A stretch of DNA of 63,862 nt, filler included, from Collodictyon triciliatum (Eukaryota), in assembly GCA_043381765.1 (NCBI GenBank). It is 13 parts of 13 records of this genome, joined end to end, with 100 filler letters (N's around TTAATTAATTAA, not from the genome) between each part and the next. Parts side by side here need not be neighbours in the genome. Positions count along the whole stretch, not along the records: positions 48,976 to 54,227 come from JBHJMP010005451.1; positions 54,328 to 59,455 come from JBHJMP010005452.1; positions 59,556 to 61,366 come from JBHJMP010005454.1; 10 more parts are not named here. One strand, written 5' to 3'. Below the pieces are notes generated by a model. The model ran no database searches, was not told where the DNA came from, and saw only the letters and a list, made by a program, of their open reading frames with translations. Each line of letters opens with the position of its first letter. The first letter of the stretch is position 1. Below, in pieces: positions 49,206 through 59,877 of the stretch. The position numbers and the translations under genes were made by a program.

Positions 49206-52200
49206 ACGGCAATAAGTTGAGTCTCGTGTCCACGATTCGGCTTTGTTGCTCAATAAACAGGGAATTAGGCTTCGAATGTTCCCCATAACTGACACATAAT
49301 GCTATATTATGACAAGAAAAATTCAATTTTTGTGCTCTATGCATGAATAAACCTTCTATACGGATTATGACAAAAACATCGACTAAGTGTGTACTCGCTC
49401 AAAGTGCTCAAAGTGAAGAGCAAAATGATATAACTGATTGCTTAAGACTTACGGTTTTCGTATTCGACATAGTGGAGAGCCCTTGATGTCCGTGATTCGA
49501 CTTTGTTGCTCAATAAGCAGGGTATTGGGCTTCGAATGTTCCACATATATGACACATATTGCACTATTTTCACAAAGAAAATTCAATTATTGCGCTCTAT
49601 GCATGAATAAACTACTTTCTATATGAATTATAATAAAAACATCCACCAAGTATGCAAGTGCAAAACAAAATGCTCAAAGAGAAGTGAAGAAATAAAATAT
49701 CTGATTGCTTAAGACTTACGGTTTTCGTATTCGACATAGTGGAGAGCCCTTGATGTCCGTGATTCGACTTTGTTGCTCAATAAGCAGGGTATTGGGCTTC
49801 GAATGTTCCCCATAACTGACACATAATGCTATATTTACACAAGGATAATTCAATTTTTATGCTCTATGCACGAATAAGCCTTCTATATGAATTATAATAA
49901 AAAAAAATCGAATAAGTGTGTGGAGTAAAAAGACAAAATGCTCAAAATACGAAGTAAGAGCAAAATAGAATACCTGATTGCACAAGACTTACGGTTTTCG
50001 TATTCGGGCATAGTGGAGAGCCCTCTGTGTCCGCAATTCGGCTTTGTTGCTCAATAAACAGGGAATTGGGCTTCGAATGATCCCCATAACTGACACATAT
50101 CGCACTATTTACACAAGGGAAATTCAATTTTTGTGCTCTATGCACGAATAAGCCTTCTATATGAATTATAATAAAAAAAAACATCGACTAATGTATGTGC
50201 AAGTACAATGCAAAATGCTCAAAGTGAAGTGAAGATAAAAAAACATCAGATTGCTTAAGACTTACGGTTTTCGTATTCCGGCATAGTGGAGAGCCTTTGC
50301 GAATTGTGTGTGTCCGCGATTCGACTTTGTTGCTCAATAAGCAGGGAATTGGGCTTCGAATGATCCCCATAACTGACACATATCGCACTATTTACACAAG
50401 GGAAATTCAATTTTTATGCTCTATGCATGAATAAACCTTCTATACGGATTGTGACAAAAAAATCGAATAAGTGTGTGGAGTAAAAAGACAAAATGCTCAA
50501 AATACGAAGTAAGAGCAAAATAGAATATCTGATTGCTTAAGACTTACGGTTTTCGTATTCTAGCAATATGTTGAGCCCTTGATGTCCGCGATTCAGCTTT
50601 GTTGCTCAATAATCAGGGAATTAGGCTTGGAATTTTCCCCATATCTGACAAATATCGCACTATTATACACAGGAGATATTCAATTTTGATGCTCTATGCA
50701 CGAATAAACCTTCTATACGGATTATGAAAAAAAAAATCGAATAAGTGTGTGGAGTAAAAAGACAAAATGCTCAAAGCGAGGTGAAGATAAAAATTAATAT
50801 CTGATTACTTAAGACTTACGGTTTTCGTATTCAGCATAGTGCAGAGCTTTAGCAGTATTTGTGTGTGAAGTAGACTCCGTTGCTGAATAAACAGGGAATT
50901 GGGCTTCGAATGTTCCCCATATCTGGCACAGACTGCTCTATTTTGACAGGAGATATTCAATTTTTTCCCCTTTAAGCACGCATAAACTTCTTCCGTAGGG
51001 ATTATGACAAAAAAACGTCAACTAAGTATGTGCTTGCGCAAAACAAAGTGCCAATTGCAAAGCAAAAAAAATATAATTTCTGGTTGTAGTTGACTTACAG
51101 TTACCGTATTCGGGCGTAGTGGAGAGCCTTCGAGGGTTGTGTGTGTGAAGCAGACTACGTCGTATTCGGGCGTAGTGGAGAGCCCTTGCGGGTTGTGTGT
51201 GAGAAGCAGACTTCGTCTCATCCCAACATAGTGGAGAGCCTTCGAGGGTTGTGTCTTGTGTGTGTAAAGCAGACTTCGACACATCCCGGCATAGTGCAGA
51301 GCCTTCGGGGGTTGTGTCTTGTGAAGCAGACTTCGTCGACGTTCGGCGTAGTGGGGATCCTCTGTGTGTCTTGTGTGTGTGGAGCAGACTGTGTCGTAAT
51401 CACGGCATAGTGGAGAGCCTTCGAGGTTTGTGTGTGTGGAGCAGACTGCGTCGTATTCGGGCATAGTGGAGAGCCTTCGAGGGTTGTGTCTTGTGAAGCA
51501 GACTGCGTCGTAATCACGGCATAGTGCAGAGCCTTGTGGGTTGTGTGTGAAGCAGACTTCGTCACATCCCGGCATATTGGAGAGCCCTTGTGGGTTGTGT
51601 GTGAAGCAGACTTCGTCGACGTTCGGCATAGTGGAGAGCCTTCGAGGGTTGTGTCTTGTGTGTAAAGCAGACTTCGTCGTATTCCGGCATAGTGGAGAGC
51701 CTTCGGGGGTTATGCGTGTGAAGCAGACTGTGTCATATCCCGGCATAGTGTAGAGCCTTTGTGTGTCTTGTGTGAAGCAGACTGCGTCGTATTCCGGCAT
51801 AGTGGAGAGCCTCTGTGTGTCTTGTGTGTGAGAAGCAGACATCGTCACATCCCGGCATAGTGTAGAGCCTCTGTGTGTCTTGTGTGTGTGAAGCAGACTT
51901 CGTCACATCCCGGCATATTGGAGAGCCCTTGTGTCTTGTGTCTTGTGAAGCAAACTGCGTCACATCCCGGCATAATTGAGAGCCTTCGGGGGTTGTGTCG
52001 TGTGAAGCAGACTTCGTCGACGTTCGGCATAGTGGAGAGCCTTCGAGGGTTGTGTGTGAAGCAGACTTCGTCGTATTCCGGCATAGTGGAGAGCCTCCGA
52101 AGTTGCGTGTGAAGCAGACTTCGTCGACGTTCGGCATAGTGGAGAGCCTTCGAGGGTTGTGTGTGAAACAGACTACGTCGTATTCCGGCATAGTGTAGAG

Positions 52201-52490
52201 CCTTTGAGGATTGTGTGTGAAACAGACTGCGTCGTATTCCGGCATAGTGGAGAGCCTCTGTGGGTCTTGTGTGTGAAGCAGACTTCGTCACGTTCGGCAT
52301 AGTGGAGAGCCTTCAAGGGTTGTGTGTGAGAAGCAGACTGCGTCGTATTCCGGCATAGTGATTAGCCTCAGCGGTTTTTTGCGTGTGTGAAGCAGACTCC
52401 GTCGTATTCCCGGCTTTGTTGGGCTTGTTAAATTTTTCTTTATAAAGGGCCGATGAGTGATTTAGCCATCTTCGCACCCATATGTTTTTT

Positions 52491-52543
<53 letters not shown>

Positions 52544-54227
52544 CCTTTTTTTTTCTTTTTTCTTTTTTTTGCTTTTCTTGGTAGTTGTGTGACTTGTGAA
52601 GTTTGTGTGTGGGGTGGACATCTTGATAATTTGATGCCATTTGGTATAATGCGATGCTTATTTTTGTTTCCTCAAATTTTTGCGGGTCTAATTGTTCCTA
52701 GTATGGCTTGGAGTCGCGGACATGTCATCATTGGTGCTTGAGGGTCTTGTGAGTCTTTGTGGGACTTCAGAGTCTTGTCCGTGCCTCTGGGGGTTGTGAG
52801 TCTTGCGACACCTGTGGTGCCTGGGTTTCTCGTGGGAATTGTGCTATGTAGCGACCTCGTGCTTCTATTTAGGTCGATTACTTTTTTTTTTTGAGGTCTT
52901 ACGGGGTTGCTAGGAGGACTTCATCGTATTCCAGCATTGTTTGATGCCTTTCTGTGTTTTGTGTGTGAAGCACATTTCGCCACATTCCAGCATAGTGGAG
53001 TATTCTTGGGTTCTTAGTGTGTGTGAACCAGACATCGTCGTATTCGGGCATAGCGCAGAGCCTTTGCAGTCTTTGTGTGAGGCAGACTCCGTCGTTTGAT
53101 AAACAGGTAATTGGGCTTCAAATGTTCCCATAACCGGGCACAATTCGCTCTATTTTCGGCAGGAGAAATTCAATTTTTCTCCTTTATGGCAAAAATGCTT
53201 CCGTATAAATTAAAACCAAAACATCTAAATATGTGCTTGCACAAATCAAAGTGCTTGTTGCGAAGCTAAAATTAGAATTTCTGGTTGCACGGGACTTACG
53301 GTTTTTGTATCCGGGCATAACGCACAACCTTTGCGGGTCTTGGGCGAAGCAGACTTCGTCACATTCCGGCATAGTGCAGAGCTTTTGCGGTCTTTGTGTG
53401 TGAAGCAGACTTCGTCATATTCGGGGATAACGCAGAGTCTTCGCGGATTGTGTGTGGAGCAGACTCCGTCGTTCGATAAACAGGGAATTGGGCTTCGAAT
53501 GTTCCCATAGCCGCACACAGATTGCACTATTTCCACAAGAGAAATTCAATTTTTCTCCTTTATGCATCACAAAATTCTTCCGTATGAATTATAACAAAAA
53601 CGTGGACTAAATGTATGAAGTACAAAACATAGTGCTCGAAGTGAGAGATGAATATAATATCTGGTTGCAGAAGACTTACGGTTTTCGGATTCCGGCACAG
53701 TGCAGAGCCTTTGCGGATTGTGTGTGAAGCAGACTTCGTCGCATTCTAGCATAGTGCAGAGCCTTTGTGGATTGTGTGTGGAGCAGACTCCGTCGTTTGA
53801 TAAACAGAGAATTGGGCTTCGAATGTTCCACATAACCGGACACAGACTGCACTATTTTCACAAGAGAAATTCAATTTTTCTCCTTTAAGCATGAATAGAC
53901 TACTTCCGTATGAATTATAAAAAAAATCTACTAATTGTGTGCTTGCACAAAACAAAGTACTCGGATCAAAGCGAAACTAAAAATAGAATTTCTGGTTGCA
54001 CGGGACTTACGGTTTTTGTATCCGGGCATAACGCACAACCTTTGCGGGTTCTTGTGTGTGAAGCAGACTTCGTCACATTCCGGCATAGTGCAGAGCTTTT
54101 GCGGTCTTTGTGTGTGAAGCAGACTTCGTCATATTCGGGGATAACGCAGAGTCTTCGCGGATTGTGTGTGAAGCAGTCTCCATCGCTCGATAAACAGGGA
54201 ATTGGGCTTCGAATGTTCCCATAGCCG
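49206..54227. repeat. Complex tandem array of ~270-bp units with a nested ~55-bp module
   Basis: GACTTACGGTTTTCGTATT-like anchor recurs near 49447, 49713, 49986, 50259, 50541, 50813, 51092, 53293, 53673 and 54004; GGGCTTCGAATGTTCC is in nearly every unit. Confidence 0.95.
51105..52413. repeat. ~23 tandem copies of a 53-64-bp module GTGAAGCAGACTNCGTCGTATTCCGGCATAGTGGAGAGCCTTCGAGGGTTGT
   Basis: Counted by eye from AGCAGAC/AACAGAC anchors between ~51148 and ~52389. Confidence 0.95.
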
Positions 54228-55493
54228 NNNNNNNNNNNNNNNNNNNNNNNNNNNNNNNNNNNNNNNNNNNNTTAATTAATTAANNNNNNNNNNNNNNNNN
54301 NNNNNNNNNNNNNNNNNNNNNNNNNNNAAAACCAGAATAGTAACGATGTTATTATCAAGTAAGTAAACGGACGAACTAATTGATGGGTTTTCAAAATATT
54401 CGAAAGAAGCTGACTTTGCAGTAAGGACAAGCGTAATTGACAAACTGGCTCATTTCTCTATCACAGTTGAATATGCTGATTGTGCACAAAGAATAATATC
54501 GTTTGAATTTTTTTTGTTCGTTGTTCATTCTGTGTGTGCCAGAGTAGAAACCATGATGTCATTCATCATCATTTTTTTGTGTATCATATCTCCTTTATTG
54601 CACATTGTGATATGTGCTTTCGCGAGAAAAAAAGCATCTGAAGGCAAGAGATTTTGAAAGTCCGAATAAAAAATATACTTTTTTCCCCTTTATTCGATTC
54701 AAAGTGCAGCGAGGTTGTGCCATACAAAGGGGCGAGGTAGGTGCGAATCAAAAAAAATACACTTAAAAAACGAAAACAATTGATATTATTAATAAAACCT
54801 AGAACTGCTTACCAAATACTCATCAAAATGTCGAATTCGTCACTGACGAGTGCCTAACTGACAGAAACAAGAAAATTGTGCCCAACCAGTCCGTGAGTAT
54901 GAAAATGTAAAATAGTTGAATACAATTGAGAATGAAAATGATACCAAAGTATTTGTTTAAACCTATATGGGAATAAATCACAAGAGTGACATAAGCAGCG
55001 CAATTCTCAATCAAAATAATTGTACCTTGTCATCTAGAACTCTTGTTGTAGAACAATGTGATTATTTTCAGGAAAAGAATGAAGCATTCAACTCTGCTTC
55101 TTCCATTAAGCATAATAATAGCAGCGCCGCCTGACTATAATTGGGTAGATTGCATGGAATTAGCAGGAATCCATTCATAAAATTACAGACTACAAAAAGC
55201 GCCCTCATATTTCCTATTCAACCAAGCAAACTTCATATATCTCCAGAGGCTGCAGTCACTATGGTCACGGTCTTCCGAGTTGTTATGTAGAAAATATTCC
55301 TATTCTCCCAAAAAACTGCATCGACAAATTCTTTAATTGATGGAGTTCATAACCTACACAGATTAACAAGACTACTTGATAATATCAATATTAGATATTA
55401 TTGAGGTATGTTTTCTTTGGATGAATCTTCAAGTTACATTACTGAAGACCTTGAGTTCCCACACCCGATTTTCAATCAAGCTTCCCGCACCTG

Positions 55494-56807
55494 ATGGAAA
55501 AGCGAACCGAGTCGGGGAGATCGGCGCAAGCCGCGACCCTGAGTGGCACGTAAGTCTAGGAAGACCCGTGCAAAGAAGCCACCTGCAAGTCTGTCTGAGC
55601 GGACTTTTTTTTGCACGAGGTCGAGCAAGTCGCCTACAACAAGAACAAGGCCCGCAGACTCACAGATGTGCTCGCCTCCTTCTTGAAAGCGAACAAACTT
55701 CAGGAAGAGCCCATCCAACTGCACTTACTGGATAGCGAAGGCCTTTGCCTGATTGCCTTCCGCACTGCAGAAAACGCCCGAAAGCTTCTGGAGCTGAAGC
55801 AGATAAGTTTAAGTGATATTACAATCAGCTTCAGCAGAAGTAAACCAACAGAGACCTCGGTGTTACTCTGACAACTACCGCTGGACGTGTGACCGCAAAT
55901 CCTTCGTGAGGAGCTGAAGCCGTTCAGACCGTCCCACGTGGATATAAAAAAGGACAAAGGCTTCTTCACAGACACAGCCGTGGTGAAGCTTCTTTGCCAC
56001 AAAAAACCAGCTGCCTGCAAACTTTACAGTCATGAGTAAAAAGTGTCCAAAGCGCATCCTCAAAGAGCGTCCACCAGCCGCGAACAACGAACGACAAGTA
56101 AAAGCTCCGCAAAAGAATACACCTGCCAAGCGACAAGCAGCAACGGGGTCAAGAAAGCCAAAACCAGGCAATATCAAAGTCCGCAAGACTCACAGCAGAT
56201 ATGCGCATTCAGAGACAGCGACAATGACATGGAAGGAAATCTCGGTTCCTCTTCAGAATCCTCGCACTCGAGCCCTTCATCGCCACCACCGGACAAGCCC
56301 GCACATCGCAAGACCCAAGAGCAGCGCATCTCCAAATCCCGAAAGAAATCCCCCCTTAAACTACCCATTCAGACTGACGTGAATATGGTTAACATAGGAA
56401 GCCTCAAGGCAGTCTTCGTTACTTATCCGAAAGGATACTATGGCGAAGGCAACACAAGAACCAGCGCCCACCAAAGATAGTCCGTTTACTCTTCCCAGCC
56501 CGTCGCACCGAGAACCAAGGAGCAAGAGCAAACAGCACAAGTCGAATCCAAGCTTGGAACTCCACAGACTAAAGACAGTCCGAGCAAGCAGGAGCGTATG
56601 TTTCTAAAACCACAAACGCGTAACCATACTCCGGTTAAGCAAAGTCCACTGCCGGCTACGCATGGCTCCGAAACCAGGGGACGGTCAAGCGCCACTTCCG
56701 ATAATGCCAGACAAACAACGATGTATCGCTTTTTGTCTGAGTCGCCCAGCAAGAAACGCAACGAAAGTGACCCGTTGTCCCCTCAAAAGACTCATCATGT
56801 GGAATGA
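55494..56807 (+). mobile_element. Degenerate non-LTR retrotransposon ORF1 (L1/Tx1-like, RRM type)
   Basis: CLIAFRTAENARKLL..SVLL*QLPLDV*PQILREELKPF..GFFTDTAVV, then a basic Ser/Pro-rich tail; in-frame TGAs and frameshifts; intronless. Confidence 0.55.
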
Positions 56808-58054
56808 AATAGGATGTTAACCTTGTCTGAGATAGACGGTTGAAAGGACTCATCGGAATCGATTTGAGAAGTAACTGCCATGTGCGTACTTTCATCGACC
56901 CAACAACTTTATAAGCTCTATTGTTAGTCTCGAATACAACCAGAAACCGCATTGGACCTCAACCACCTCGGGTAGAATAGTCTGTGTGTGAGAACACTTT
57001 CTCTCCTTTCTATTTTCTTTTTCTCCTTCTTTTTCATTTCATGCTCTCAAAACACAATAACTCCAATNNNNNNNNNNNNNNNNNNNNNNNNNNNNNNNNN
57101 NNNNNNNNNNNNNNNNNNNNNNNNNNNNNNNNNNNNNNNNNNNNNNNNNNNNNNNNNNNNNNNNNNNNNNNNNNNNNNNNNNNNNNNNNNNNNNNNNNNN
57201 NNNNNNNNNNNNNNNNNNNNNNNNNNNNNNNNNNNNNNNNNNNNNNNNNNNNNNNNNNNNNNNNNNNNNNNNNNNNNNNNNNNNNNNNNNNNNNNNNNNN
57301 NNNNNNNNNNNNNNNNNNNNNNNNNNNNNNNNNNNNNNNNNNNNNNNNNNNNNNNNNNNNNNNNNNNNNNNNNNNNNNNNNNNNNNNNNNNNNNNNNNNN
57401 NNNNNNNNNNNNNNNNNNNNNNNNNNNNNNNNNNNNNNNNNNNNNNNNNNNNNNNNNNNNNNNNNNNNNNNNNNNNNNNNNNNNNNNNNNNNNNNNNNNA
57501 GATATTTTTCATTTTTCTATCAAAGTATGTGGTCAAGAACTCCGTGTTTTTTCTGAGAGGAATGCAGCAGGTATGGGTCGTTTGAGTGAGATGTTTCATG
57601 TAGTGTAGTCAGGAAATGGATTGTGAAAGATGAAAAAATTTACTAACTTGCTGATTCTTCGTTTTTATGCGTTTCTCAATGTTGCAGGTTCTATCCGGGA
57701 TATCGACCTGAAGGGAGTATGTTGGCCGTGTACCATCTCGTATGTACGTGTGCCTACATGTAGTAGAGTTGCAGAGCCTGGATGTGTTTCTAGCTATTAT
57801 GTCATGTATCTTTTCAGGAGAGGAAGTGATGAGATGCCACACGATGCCCTTCTTACGGCTTGTCTGCAAATGTGTTTCATTCAGAGCTTCAGATTTATGG
57901 GCGCTTGAATTTGTGTTGTAAGCTTCTCCATCTGCGCACATCGCTTTTACCCTCTTTTTATTCCAACATTAATGAAAATATATCGTGTTGTTTTAGACAC
58001 CAAATTGTTTTAGTTTGTCAAACATGGTTTTTCTTGCGATAATAAAACTTGTTT

Positions 58055-58098
58055 CTGATATTTATTTATTCTATATACCTAGAATAAATAAATATCAG
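58055..58098. other. Perfect 19-bp AT-rich inverted repeat with a 6-nt loop
   Basis: CTGATATTTATTTATTCTA-TATACC-TAGAATAAATAAATATCAG. Confidence 0.95.
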
Positions 58099-58247
58099 TT
58101 TATTCCGTCGTTTAATTAATTTCGCCTTTATATACCCGTAAACCTATCTGTCTAGAATGTTCTATCTATATTTGGTATCAATGCTCGAATCAATTGCAAA
58201 TTTTATAAATTGATTTTAAATTTAAAGTTGTCGAAATAGTTTTTAAA

Positions 58248-58743
58248 ATGTCGGAATTAGATTTAGAAAAAAAACAAAAAAAAAGAAGAAGCAAAATTTC
58301 GCTTGCACCAAAAATTTATCGATGGACTTTACAGAAAAGAAAGAATGAATCCTGAAGACTTAAATGATTGGTGGTACATTGGTGGAGATTATGGTAATGC
58401 ATGGCATTATCATTCTCTATGTATCAAAACAAATCCAAGTTTATTTTTAAAGCTTGAACTTCCGGATCGTAAAAGTGAATGTGTGTGTGACCATTGGATT
58501 AAATACAATCATTGGATTACGAATGGTGAAAATGTTTTAGTGATAGGCAGCTGTTGTATAAAACAATTTTTTCCACTTTACTCTTTCGGTGGTCGCCGCA
58601 ACTGCGACATATGCCACGAGCCGCATTTGAATCGAACAGTCAATAGATGCAATAAATGTCGAATCGGAATTTGTGATGAATGTAATCAAATCTGCAGACC
58701 CGACTATTTTAAATGTTTCATCTGCCGCCACACACCAGAATAA
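58248..58743 (+). CDS. Cys-rich zinc-binding protein of probable viral/Polinton type; one frameshift in the poly-A run near 58270-58283
   Basis: WWYIGG, CVCDHWIKYNHWI..VLVIGSCCIKQF and four CxxC pairs. The ATG at 58248 is one base out of frame with ORF 58303-58743. Confidence 0.7.
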
Positions 58744-58746
58744 AAT

Positions 58747-58974
58747 CGCCTCCTCCCAGAACTTTCCGCCTCCGCTGAATCTGTTTGTTTATGGTCTTGG
58801 CCAGAAAATCTGCCTCAAGTCCTTTATATATTTCTTATTTTATTATTTTATAATTTTAAAATTTTAAAAAAATAAAAAGAAGAATATAAAGAGAGTTGGA
58901 GCCCGGGAAAAAGGGCTCAAGGTCCACCAGCTGACAACCGATTCAGCGGAGGCGGAAAGTTCTGGGAGGGGGCG
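58747..58974. repeat. 30-bp perfect GC-rich inverted repeat (58752-58781 / 58940-58969), extendable to 35 bp with one mismatch
   Basis: CCTCCCAGAACTTTCCGCCTCCGCTGAATC and its exact reverse complement. Confidence 0.95.
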
Positions 58975-59011
58975 CGCGTTTTAAATTAAATTATAATTTA
59001 TAAATTATATT

Positions 59012-59455
59012 ATGACTGATGAAACTAAAGAACCTACTGAACTTGAAATATTGGAAAAGTATTATAATGCACCCAAGCACACAAATTCAGTTGCCGGACT
59101 CTGGGCGGTCGTAAAAGAATTTGGAATTAAAAAAAAGACTGTCGAGGAATTTCTCAAACAGCAACCAGACTACCAAACTCTCCAAGCGAGAAAGTCAGAG
59201 CGCAAGCAAGCGACGATGATGCGATTCAAACCAGGATACATTCAGATAGACACGATTGATGTCGACGGCCTGGAATCTGAAGACGCAAAATATATTCTGA
59301 CTTGTGTCGATGTATTCACGCGAAAGCTGTGGGCCTATCCACTGAAGACAAATTCCAGCAAAGAAGTATCCCAGCAATTAGAAAAGTTTATTAAAGAATA
59401 TAAATTGGTCACGACCATTCAGTCAGACAATGGAAAAGAATTTGAAGGTGAAGTA
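59012..59455 (+). mobile_element. rve-type DDE integrase of Polinton/Maverick/virophage type, truncated by the contig end
   Basis: IQIDTID (D1), YILTCVDVFTRKLWAYPLK and IQSDNGKEF (D2). It has its own ATG and an N-terminal LEKYYNAP..VEEFLKQQPDYQ in place of an HHCC finger; no upstream RT/RNaseH. Confidence 0.85.
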
Positions 59456-59619
59456 NNNNNNNNNNNNNNNNNNNNNNNNNNNNNNNNNNNNNNNNNNNNT
59501 TAATTAATTAANNNNNNNNNNNNNNNNNNNNNNNNNNNNNNNNNNNNNNNNNNNNAAAAATGGGGTTTAATTTGATGAAAAAATCCCGCTTTTTTTAAAA
59601 GAAAAAAAAAAAAAAAAAA

Positions 59620-59877
59620 AAAAAAAACTTCATCGATTATTGGGAGCTGTTGTGATTTCAATATGTAACATCTTGCAAACAGAAAAGTGTCAGTAACCGA
59701 ATTATGACACAATAAAACCGTATCGTTGATTTTGTAATAGTCGTCGCATTCTTTACAATCGACTTTAGAGATGTTTTCACATTTTGATAGTCTGGTTTTA
59801 CAGACTTTAGATTCTCAAACTCAAGACGTTTTCTTTTCTTCATCTGAAAGTTTTTGTTTTACTTTTGCTTTTTCCAT
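59620..59877 (-). pseudogene. Fanzor1-like (eukaryotic TnpB relative) N-terminal fragment with two frameshifts
   Basis: Stitched reading MEKAKVKQKLSDEEKK/KRLEFENLKSVKPDYQNVKTSLKSIVKNATTITK/INDTVLLCHNSVTDTFLFARCYILKSQQLPIIDEVFF resembles recalled Fanzor1 N-termini; no RuvC is present. Confidence 0.6.

Noticed and set aside
51018-52300. Repetitive ORFs in the satellite (MPEYDAVCFT..)
   Set aside because: Unit lengths vary by non-multiples of three, so the same peptides appear in all frames
51105-52413. CRISPR- or TIGR-like guide array
   Set aside because: Variable blocks are a few related, recurring variants rather than unique spacers, and no cas or Nop-domain gene is on the contig
59012-59877. 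Integrase and Fanzor-like fragment as one convergent cassette
   Set aside because: They are separated by an artificial spacer (59456-59555) and lie on different contigs; linkage is unsupported
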